Below, in pieces: positions 53,418-64,000 of a stretch of 64,000 nt of DNA (position 1 is its first letter; each line of letters starts with the position of its first letter). The notes beneath the pieces are model-generated. The model was given only the letters and a program-made list of their open reading frames with translations, had not been told where the DNA came from and ran no database searches. The translations under genes and the position numbers were made by a program. The stretch comes from Octopus vulgaris (Eukaryota): contig OX597815.1 in assembly GCA_951406725.2 (NCBI GenBank), positions 120,342,001 through 120,406,000 on the forward strand. The letters are read 5' to 3'.

Positions 53418-55124
53418 GTGATATTGACTGCTAGGAAATCCTTCATCCAGTTCGATAGCAAGTTGTGGGTCCGCAGAGATACCCCTAATGCGTTCGATAT
53501 ACTAATGGGAAGTACAGACAGCGCCCAGATAGCCGATTTGGTCGGAATTTATATTCTTTATGAAATGGCCGACCAATTCCCGGACATCTGTGGAGGTCCT
53601 TATCGCGACGATTGTCTGCTTTACCTCCAAAATGTCTCGAACCAAAAAATACAGAAGGTTAAAAATAGATTAGTTAGGTTTTTTGGTAGAATGGACTTGC
53701 ACATCGTTTTTGACGATGAGTTAACTAAAGCCAACTTCTTAGACATTACCCTCAATTTACAAAATAACTCATACTTCCCTTACCATAAACCCTCCACAAA
53801 TCTTAAGTATATTAGCCTTTACAGTAATCATGCCAAGCCCGTTACCGATAATTTAGTCAAAAACATATCTTTGAGAAATTATTCTAAATTATCTGCCAAT
53901 GTTGACATCTTTAACCAAAAGGCAGGCTTTTATAACGCCGCCTTGGCAAAAGCCGGCTATAAGGACAAAGTGTCATACATAGATTCAGCTCATTCTAAAC
54001 CAATATCTGCTTCTCCAGATAGAATAGTTACTTGTAATAGGAATAGTAGTTCTAATTCTAGTAGTGCCAGCAACACTATGCAAAATATAAATTCTTTACG
54101 GACCAGGGGAGGTAAGCGCCGTTCAACCCCAAATTTTCAACCCAGTAATTTTCCCCTTACTTTCACAAATAACTCTACGTATAAGTCAAAGGCCACTAAG
54201 AACCGTATCTGGTTCGTAATACCTTTCAGTAAACAAATTAAATCGAACCTTCCCTTACAGTTCCGTGAAGCCGTCGCTAGGAACTTTCCCAGAAATTCTA
54301 GATATTATTCTATTATCAATTCCCACATAGTCAAAATCGCTTTCTCTAACACTAGAAATCTTTCACAAATTATATCTTCTCACAATACCAAGCTGATAAA
54401 TAGAGATTCTTCACCCGGGAGTTCCAACATAAATCTTACTAATTCCAACCCATCATACAGTCATACTAATAGGAATAGTATTAATAGTAATAGCAATGGT
54501 AGTAGCGATAGTGTTAACAATGATAATATTAATAATAGTATCAGTCGTGTTAATAACAATGGTAATGTTGATAGTGATAACAATAACGGAGAAATTACTG
54601 ATTGTATTACCATTAATAATACTAATAATAATACGAATAGTGTAGTTGCTAACGCTAATAATAATAGTAACAACAATCATAGCAATAAAAACTTCGTTTC
54701 GATCTCGGAGGACAACCCCAACAGAATTAAATTTTTGTCTAGTAATTCTAAGATCGAGAATTCTATTTACCAGTGTAGAATCTCCCCTGGTACCAATGTC
54801 TTCTTCTATATAGGAGCGTCCTCTTCCCAGTTATCCAAGAGAATTTCAAACCATTATTCAACATTCAGGGATAGTAAAAAACGACATAGTACAGGGCTAA
54901 GTAAATTAGTTTGGCGTCTTAAAGACAATAATATAGATTTCAAGTTAAATTGGTTCATACTGTCTATATCCTTTCCTTTTGATAAGGGCAGGAGATTTTG
55001 TAATATTTTCAACTCTGAGCTCTTCCATATCCTCTTCTCTAAGGTTCCTCTTGTAAACACACTCATAGAGAAATCCTATAAATGTAAGCACTGGCAGAAA
55101 CATACTTTTTACTCTTACAAATGA
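53418..55124 (+). CDS. PLE reverse transcriptase / GIY-YIG endonuclease (truncated, frameshifted remnant)
   Basis: MGS..SAQIADL, YRDD, FLDI, SNH, SIYQ..YIGAS, R..NH; the upstream FDISSFYSSI motif lies in another frame at about 53231-53416. Confidence 0.9.
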   Translation: MILTARKSFIQFDSKLWVRRDTPNAFDILMGSTDSAQIADLVGIYILYEMADQFPDICGGPYRDDCLLYLQNVSNQKIQKVKNRLVRFFGRMDLHIVFDDELTKANFLDITLNLQNNSYFPYHKPSTNLKYISLYSNHAKPVTDNLVKNISLRNYSKLSANVDIFNQKAGFYNAALAKAGYKDKVSYIDSAHSKPISASPDRIVTCNRNSSSNSSSASNTMQNINSLRTRGGKRRSTPNFQPSNFPLTFTNNSTYKSKATKNRIWFVIPFSKQIKSNLPLQFREAVARNFPRNSRYYSIINSHIVKIAFSNTRNLSQIISSHNTKLINRDSSPGSSNINLTNSNPSYSHTNRNSINSNSNGSSDSVNNDNINNSISRVNNNGNVDSDNNNGEITDCITINNTNNNTNSVVANANNNSNNNHSNKNFVSISEDNPNRIKFLSSNSKIENSIYQCRISPGTNVFFYIGASSSQLSKRISNHYSTFRDSKKRHSTGLSKLVWRLKDNNIDFKLNWFILSISFPFDKGRRFCNIFNSELFHILFSKVPLVNTLIEKSYKCKHWQKHTFYSYK

Positions 55125-55351
55125 TTACGATAGGCATCGTGCTTTGAACAATTAGGCTAACATACACTCCACTTCAATAGTGAAATTCTTTCCTAAGCCT
55201 TTGAACATTCTTAATCATTCCTTTAACCCTTCTCTTCCTACTATCTAACTTTGACGTCAAATCTTCTAACGTTTTTTTAAAAAAATCACTTATTGTCGTT
55301 TTGTTAACCATGTAGACAGTCATCGAAATTTTAGTCTTGTTGCCGAGAGAG

Positions 55352-55452
55352 GTTCCCTTTTTTTCCTGATGAGAAGATTGCATCATACACTCTTTATTTC
55401 TTTGGAATGAAACCATGTGGTCTTCGAAACATATATCGAGAGTAAAGGAATT
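55352..55452 (+). ncRNA. Type I hammerhead in the 3' pLTR
   Basis: CUGAUGA 55366-72, 11-bp stem II, GAAA 55426-29, AUC triplet with a C-A mismatch in stem III. Confidence 0.75.
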
Positions 55453-55626
55453 TTGTTAACATTTTCGTTCGACTCCATTCTTTCATTTATTCATATATAA
55501 CACACAAATTTCTGCAAATGAACCCGGAGTTTCAACCGTGTTTCTGACGCGAATTTGCTACCCTGGTATCGGTTCAACGAATTTTCCATGCTGTTGATAA
55601 ACATAGGATAATTCATTCACCTATTG

Positions 55627-55692
<66 letters not shown>

Positions 55693-55790
55693 CAAAATGG
55701 GACAAGAACGCAAAACATCCGGACAACAAGGTGATACAAAAAGGGACAACAAAACATCTAGATAGACGATACAAAAAAAAAGGATGGGTC

Positions 55791-55930
55791 ATTCAAAGCT
55801 TTCTATCCTCAGTCAAGAACCGGATCATCCTCTCAATTTCGGCTGATTAATCTTGAGATTGCTCCAATCTGGTCAGCCCCAAGGAAAACTAAGCTAAGAG
55901 CATTTGATTCCTTGGAAGAAAACATCGAAT
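55791..55930 (-). ncRNA. Non-circularly permuted hammerhead candidate, family B, intact core
   Basis: GGCUG/CAGCC stem II, GCAAU-C, UCAAGA/UCUUGA stem I, GAAA-UUG, CUGAGGA, 13/14-bp closing stem. Confidence 0.78.
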
Positions 55931-56008
55931 GTATACGAAAACAAGGACGGAAAAACAGACGATGTTACACGAATATAAATACAAAATACAATAATATTAA
56001 TATATATT

Positions 56009-56124
56009 GATCCTCTATAAATCCAAAATTTTATATTAGAATTTATGGGAGCAACTTTCTTTGAAGGCTCATATAGTTGTTGAATGCTCGAAATAAGGAG
56101 TAGATAGACAGCTGATGAAGGGTC
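56009..56124 (+). ncRNA. Permuted hammerhead candidate, diverged family A-like copy
   Basis: GAUCCU/AGGGUC, CUAUAAAU/AUUUAUGG, GAGCA/UGCUC-GAAA, UUGUU/GACAG-CUGAUGA; one extra nucleotide at the cleavage site. Confidence 0.6.
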
Positions 56125-56213
56125 GTTTCTCTGTGTTTCCTAGTCCTGTTTTCCATTTTTCTCATTGTTTCGTGTTATTTGTACCATTGGTGACGTCCTG
56201 TACATATATGTGC

Positions 56214-56275
<62 letters not shown>

Positions 56276-56277
56276 TT

Positions 56278-56383
56278 GGGGCTGGCCAGATTGGAGCAAT
56301 CTCGAATCTCGAGTATAAGCAGCCGAAATTGCAAAGATAATCTGGAACTCGACTGAGTATAGAAAACTCCGAAAGACCGATCC
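56278..56383 (+). ncRNA. Permuted hammerhead candidate, family B, truncated and mutated
   Basis: GGCUG/CAGCC, CCAGAUU/AAUCUGG, GCAAUC/GAAAUUGC, UCGAG/CUCGA; core reads CUGAGUA; 7-nt duplication. Confidence 0.6.
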
Positions 56384-56434
56384 TTGTTTTCTTTGTATCG
56401 TCTGTCTGGATGTTTTGCGTTCTTGTCCTATTTT

Positions 56435-56534
<100 letters not shown>

Positions 56535-56564
56535 ATAAAACAAAATATAATAGATTGTTTACAC

Positions 56565-56890
56565 TAGGGGTTCTCAACTGGGATCCATATGACCCTTGGG
56601 GATCCATATAAGATTTTGTTACTAAAATTTATGTGCAATGGAATGGTTATAGTTCTACAATGCAAAAAATATTAAATTTTTTGTGGGGTGGTAGGGTTCA
56701 GTTCCAGCTATTGTTTATGAAAATTATAACTGTAATTACAATTTTATAATTTATAATTATAAATTATAATTTATAATTACAAAATAGAGTAAGATTATTT
56801 TCTATATACAGTAAATAGTTATGGTGGTCCATCTGAGTAAAATATGAATCAAAGGAGTCCATAGGTAAAAAAAATGGTTTACAACTTCTT
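56565..56890. mobile_element. hAT-like MITE
   Basis: taggggttctcaac start; degenerate 8-bp TSD gtttacac/gtttataa; resembles 12685-13033. Confidence 0.6.
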
Positions 56891-57341
56891 GTTTATAAGA
56901 TATTTAGTTACTCTATCTTATGTAGGTTTTATTAAGAATAAATTATCATTAGTTACATAAAACGAATTAATAAGACACGCTGTCAAATCTCCAGGAATGT
57001 GTAACCATTATATGTAACATTACTGAATTGTAGAATTCTTGACAGGTGTTAGTAAGGCGGAGGTAAGGACCCACGAGTCTCTGAGGATTTGACAATAAGT
57101 CTTATGTAATTTGCGGAGTGTAACTAATAATACTTTGATGTTCATGAAACAAACGTAAGATGGTGTTACTAAATATCTTATGAGCAATCATTCATGCTTT
57201 GTTATAATGCCTACATGTATTCTGTAAAATACCCAAATTTCGGCTTCGTACCAAATGATACGATTTTAATAACACAAATGCCAAAGGTCTTGTTCATTGC
57301 CTTCGTAAGGCCGAACACTCGAAAGGATCTCGGCCACTTTG

Positions 57342-57395
<54 letters not shown>

Positions 57396-57397
57396 CG

Positions 57398-57435
<38 letters not shown>

Positions 57436-57455
57436 AGTGTGTGCGTGTGTGTATG

Positions 57456-57497
<42 letters not shown>

Positions 57498-58037
57498 AAT
57501 TGAGATAGGGGTTGTAAATGCAACCCTCCATGGGATAATATATATCCAATATACTGCTAGTGAAGTACCCAACAAAGTTAATACATAAATGTTAAGGATT
57601 GCAATGCAATCAATTCATTTACTGTATTATATGGGCAAAGGTAAAATGATTTACCACAAATTACTAATACAAGATAAGAAAATGGAGAAATACATCTAAA
57701 TCAAATATCAGTTATCAGATAATACTCAATCACATACTTTATTAAACCACCACATAAGAGACTGTAGGGTTAAACATAAATAAGCAGAACAAATCAGTGT
57801 ACACAAAGGAATGTACATAAAAAAGTGTACATAAAAGAGTAATGTTGTTATAATGAGTAGAATATATATAAAAAAGAGAATATAAATATAAGTATATATA
57901 TATATATATTTTTTAATTTAGAGATAGTAGACCCCCTACATCTCACGAAATCAAAAGAATTCTTATTTTAATTTTAAAAACCTACTGTTTTATTACTTGG
58001 CAACACGTGTTTCATGAGGTACACACACACACACGCG

Positions 58038-58149
<112 letters not shown>

Positions 58150-58183
58150 CCATATTCATTTGAATCTAAATTGTTTTACTGAA

Positions 58184-58236
<53 letters not shown>

Positions 58237-58531
58237 GCAATAAACATGTATGTATGTATATATGCACATATGTAAATGTATACATTACACAAATATGCAA
58301 ACAGGCATAACTCTGTGTGTGTGTGTATGTGTAAATGATACATATATTCTTTAATATAAGAAATGGAGCAACAACCAAGGGGAAAAGTAGAAGCAAGAGT
58401 GGTGATATGAAATCCCACCACCCAGGGGAAATCGGTCAAAGAAGAATGATGATATGCAAAAATAATCATTGTCGTCCCCAAGCTGAACGCGAATAAAATA
58501 AATACATGCACATCCGTTTATCTATCCATCC

Positions 58532-58614
<83 letters not shown>

Positions 58615-59744
58615 ATTTACTCTTTTAGCTGATCGGGTGCTATTCTACTTGTTGGAGTCTTACAGCATAAGATATACCATTTACACACACATGTACATAA
58701 ATGACATATATATATATATGCCATTTAGTTTCTGCTTTCTTGTCATGAAGTGTTAACACACATAAAAACCTTATAATACAGATAGGCTATACGTAAGACC
58801 GTGCGCCTGTGAGTGCACACACACACACACACCAACCACATTAACTACACATATTTTTTACTTCTCCTTAGCACAAGGACATATTTATAAGCGATCATTA
58901 GCCAGACAGATTACGCTTTCAGTCAAGTTGTTACATGAATGTTTGGTTTTGCAAAATAACGTCAGCCATTCCCTTAGCAATAAGATCAGAGATGGGGGTT
59001 ACCATGGTTTGTCGGTTTGTTTATGTTGTAACATTCTGCGTAATATATAATCAACGCAGATAGACAATGATCAAAATAACTGGTTACTGTAATACTTGTT
59101 TATACAGGAAAAAATATTGTCGATTTGGTGCCCCCACCTTACTTCGCATCCACCACCGCCTCTTCCTCCTCGTCGTATCGTACATAATGAAAAGGATATT
59201 CATTAATATTAACAAATATTTCTGATACGCACAATGACTAAGGTTTTATGTTTGTACGGGTGGGGGCTGTCGAAATTTGTAGCAACTGCACTTTTACTAA
59301 GGGCATTAGTGTCGTAAGTCAAAACGGTAATCGAATCTTCCAGGTCATTATATTAAGTTTGCTAATAATGGAAAAAGATATGTACTAAATAATTTTCTAT
59401 AAAGGCATAATGCGACAAAATTAGAGTGAATATTATATGAAGACGCATGTCATAGTGGTTAAGGTATTCGGCTGACGATCGTGGGTTCTATTCCTGGTAG
59501 CGCGCTGTATCCTTGAGTAAGATACTTTACTTCACGTTGCTTCAGTTCACTCAGCTGGCAAAAATGAGTAGTACCTGTATTTCAAAGAGCCAGTCTTGTC
59601 ACATTCTGTGTGACGCTGAGTCTCCTTGAGAACTACGTTAAGGGTTTCGTGCTTGTGGATTGGTCAGTCCTTGCACATTGATTTTTGGAGCACATTAATT
59701 GCACATTAATTTTGTTGATAACCAACGAAGCTGCTACCAAAATT

Positions 59745-60326
59745 CTTTTCTACTTTAGGCACAAAGCCCGAAATTTTGGGGGAGGGAGCCAGTCGATTAC
59801 ATCGACCTCAGTATGCAACTAGTACTTAATTTATCGAACCCGAAAGGATGAGAGGCAAAGTCGACTTCGGCAGAATTTGAACTCACAACGTAACGGCAGA
59901 TGAAATACCTATTTCTTTACTACCCACAAGGGGCTAAACATAGAGTGGATAAACAAGGACAGACAAAGGGATTAAGTCGATTATATCGACCCCAGTGCGT
60001 AATTGGTACTTATTTAATCGACCCCGAGAGGATGAAAAGCAAAGTCAACTTCGGCGGAATTTGAACTCACAACGTAACGGCAGACGAAATACCTATTTCT
60101 TTACTACTCACAAGGGGCTAAACACAGAAGTGACAAACAAGGACAGACAAACGGATTAAGTCGATTATATCGACTCCAATGCATAACTGGGACTTAATTT
60201 ATCGACCCCGAAAGGATGAAAGGCAAAGTCGACCTCGGCGGAATTTGAACTCAGAGCGTAACGGCAGACGAAATACCGCTAAGCATTTCGCCCGGCGTGC
60301 TAATGTTTATACCAGCTCGCCGCCTT
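59745..60326 (-). mobile_element. SINE S1 with three-fold internal tandem
   Basis: Three aaagtc(g/a)ac(c/t)tcggc.gaatttgaactc blocks. Confidence 0.85.
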
Positions 60327-61184
60327 AGCAACTGCTACTAAAATTATTATCAACGTTGGTATAAAAGTACTCTTTTATTCAGACCTAAGGCTGTGGCCAT
60401 GCTGGGGCACCGCCAGTGTTAATCTCCCCTTAAATGGCTAATCTTATGTGATTGGCTTTTGATGAAGGAGGGAGTTCAACACTGCTACCCTCCAGTGTTC
60501 AGTTGGCAGAGCTGTTAGAGCAACGAACAGAATACCTAGCAGTATTTCTTCCGACTCTCTGTGTCTAGAGTTCAAGCTCAACGTTGCCTTTCACCGTTTC
60601 GGAGCCTATAGATAAAGTACCAGTTCAGGATGGTAATCCGTGAAGGTCAATTTTGTCATTCATCTTTTTGAGTGGGTCATATATAAAGTACAAGTCATAA
60701 TAAAGTACCGGGTAGGAGTGGGAGATTGGTGGAATATTATGGCGCCGAAAGAGGTGCCGTGCGGTGTCTGTCTCGACTCTGTACGTTCTGAAGTAAAATC
60801 TCGCCTCTTTGTCTCTAGTAAAATGTGATAAACTTGGGAAGGCTTTATGCAAATTACGTGTGTAGTTCAGCTGAGCACTCGCAACGCTAGTATATCGACC
60901 GACAGGAGAGTAAGCAAAAGTCGCTCATAACCTGCACACTCAAAGAATATTTTATTGCTAATTTTCATTGGTTTCAGTCATTGGACTGCGGCCATGCTGG
61001 GGGTACTAACTCGAAGGGCTTTATTTGGACAAATCGGCTCCAGTACTTTAAGCACTTTTTAAAGTCTGGTACCTCTTTTATTTTCTCTTTTGTCTAACCG
61101 CTAGGTTATTGAGACGTAAACAAACCAAAACCGGTCGTCAAGCTGTATAACACAAACAAACAAATAAACAAGCAAATACATATA

Positions 61185-62345
61185 CAGTAATACCTCACTT
61201 TACGAGGACCGACCCGCTTTACGAGACACAAGGTTTACGAGTTTTATAATGAATATAAAGATCCAAATTTTGGACGAAGTCCTAAAGTTTCTACTAACAT
61301 AATAGATGCTTCTACGAGTTAGCGAGAAATTTATAGAGAGAAAAAACTTCTAAGCAAACAATTCTAGACCTGCTTTTTAAAAAGAAATCCACAAGTCCGT
61401 CTACGAGTGTTTGTGAATTAGCTATCGCATCTACAAGTGATGGTGTGCGCGAGTCTAGTGAGAGAGAAAATGATTCAGAAAACGATAATAATAATAATAT
61501 TGTGACGTATATTTGCCATTTGAATATGGCTAACCCCTAAGGGTGGATGCTACTGTAGTTTGTAGCCCCAGGAAGACACCTCCTCCAGTTGGCTATAGAC
61601 ACACTTTCGGTGTCTTCCTGGGGCTACAAACTACAGTAGCATCCACCCTTAGGGGTTAGCCATATTCAAATGGCAAATATACGTCACGATGTGTTGCCGC
61701 TACTGTTTATAACTCGCTCTGAGACTTATCATTGTTTGATTTCACTTTTTCAATATCAGTGTCAATCGATACTGGAAAAAGTATATGTATTTGTGAGGGG
61801 AACTGACTTCTCGTCGACAACTGTGATTGTCACACGCCGATGATAGGTCAATACCTTGAAACTCGAGTCCGTGTGTATCATAAGTTGAAGACGGGAAGGA
61901 TGGCTTCCCTTCACAAATACTGATAGGGCACAGAAAGTGTGTCTATAGCCAGATGGAGGAGGTGTCTTCCTGGGGCTACAAACTACAGTAGCATCCACCC
62001 TTAGGGGTTAGCCATATTCAAATGGCAAATATACGTCACGATGTGTTGCCGCTACTGTTTATAACTCGCTCTGAGATTTATCATTGTTTAATAATAATAT
62101 TTTTTATTATAAATTATCTTGACATTCTTTTTATATTACATAAAATATTCTTTACATTCTACTGTTGTTTTCTTACTATTTATTTACGAGTATTGTAAAT
62201 TTTATAGGTAAAATATTTTTCTAGGGATGAAATACGATCTATCTATAACATTGCTACATTGGAAAATCATTGCTCTGCTTTACGAGTTTTCAATTACGAG
62301 CGGTCTCCAGGAAGAAATTAATTCGTATACTGAGGCATTACTCTG
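61185..62345. mobile_element. pogo/Tigger-like MITE hosting a nested insertion
   Basis: ta-CAGTAATACCTCA ... TGAGGCATTACT termini; ttacgag sub-repeats. Confidence 0.6.
61502..62089 (+). mobile_element. Retrozyme-like / non-autonomous PLE: 352-bp unit in partial tandem with an inverted 5' copy
   Basis: 61609-61738 repeats at 61961-62089; 61502-61608 is inverted; flanks share aataataatatt; HHR-like motif at 61831-61875. Confidence 0.8.
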
Positions 62346-62373
62346 TGTGTGGGTGTGTATGTGTGTATACATA

Positions 62374-62429
<56 letters not shown>

Positions 62430-62431
62430 AG

Positions 62432-63099
<668 letters not shown>

Positions 63100-63334
63100 T
63101 TATATTTATATAACGGTATAACGGGCTTCTTCACAGTGTATGTGAGACAAGCACAGACAACGATACATACATACATACATACATACATACATACATACAT
63201 ACATACATACATACATACATACGTAGCGGGGTAAAGAGTGGCTAGAAGAGGAAACCAGGTGAGCAGATATGATGCAATTATCATCGTCATCGTCGTCGTC
63301 ATCATCATGATCATCATCTTCCTCATCATCATTA

Positions 63335-63384
<50 letters not shown>

Positions 63385-63387
<3 letters not shown>

Positions 63388-64000
63388 TGATGGAAACTCT
63401 CGGCTTATTTTGCTGGGTGTGGTGGAAATTGTCAACTGTCCACAGCCAGCACTCTGATGTGACACTTGTTTACCGGTCATGCTTCAAGAACTCTGCAAAG
63501 AATTCTTACAATTCCAAGCAATGCTGATTTTTGTTGGGTGTTCTATCTTTACATTTGTGCCAATCTTTTTTTTACCTATGTTGGTAGTTGAGTGCTGATA
63601 CTTCCAAGTGCGCTAGTTACTATTGATATTACGTCTACTCTACTCATTGACCACAACTTTCGGATTTCCCACTTCAAATTGTCAAAGTAGTTTATTTTTT
63701 TCTTTTTGTTTCTCTTTGATCCTGTTGTCACCGGGACATGCTATGTCGATTATCATGCATATTTTTTTTTTTATTCACCACAACAATGTCCAGTTTCCGA
63801 TGTCTGGTCAGGTCATCGCATTGAATCGTTGCACTCCACAGGATTTTGCAATCCTCAATCTCAGTGACTCCTTCTGGGTTTTCTCATACCATATCTTTGC
63901 TCTTTGTAGGCCGTGATTTCCACAGAGCTCTCAATGGGTCATTCTTGTTGCATTGTCATGTCGTTTTTGTAATCGCATTGTGCCAATTTCGGGCATTCGC
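63385..64000 (-). pseudogene. Dong/R4-like LINE 3' end abutting a (TAA)n tract
   Basis: RPDI RLE-type motif near 63800-63815; the element runs into (AAT)n. Confidence 0.6.

Larger units (their letters stand above)
53010..55622 (+). mobile_element. Penelope-like element, 5'-truncated, with inverted 5' pLTR
   Basis: 53010-53198 is the reverse complement of about 55302-55490; RT plus GIY-YIG ORF between them. Confidence 0.92.

Noticed and set aside
58350-59190. Non-repetitive-looking segments with splice-like signals
   Set aside because: No recognisable protein motif; cannot be supported

Overview
AT-rich, microsatellite-saturated eukaryotic non-coding DNA. The SINE, microsatellite and transposon landscape points to an octopus-like coleoid cephalopod (inference). 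No host gene could be supported, and most listed ORFs are translated simple repeats. The window holds a 5'-truncated Penelope-like element (RT plus GIY-YIG, inverted pLTR), four Tc1/mariner relics, hAT/pogo-type MITEs, non-autonomous Helitrons, CRE-, Dong/R4-, RTE- and CR1-like LINE fragments, an ORF1-only L1/Tx1-like element, many tRNA-derived SINEs, a 107-bp satellite and many long inverted repeats. The main signal is RNA structure. About nine type I hammerhead ribozyme (HHR) motifs sit in PLE-type and retrozyme-like repeats. Seven or eight further repeat copies, from at least two sequence families, carry HHR core strands in a non-circularly permuted order (cleavage triplet, then GAAA, then CUGANGA), with covarying stems, an extra pseudoknot helix and an opening between A9 and stem II. 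All folds were read by eye; no activity is shown.
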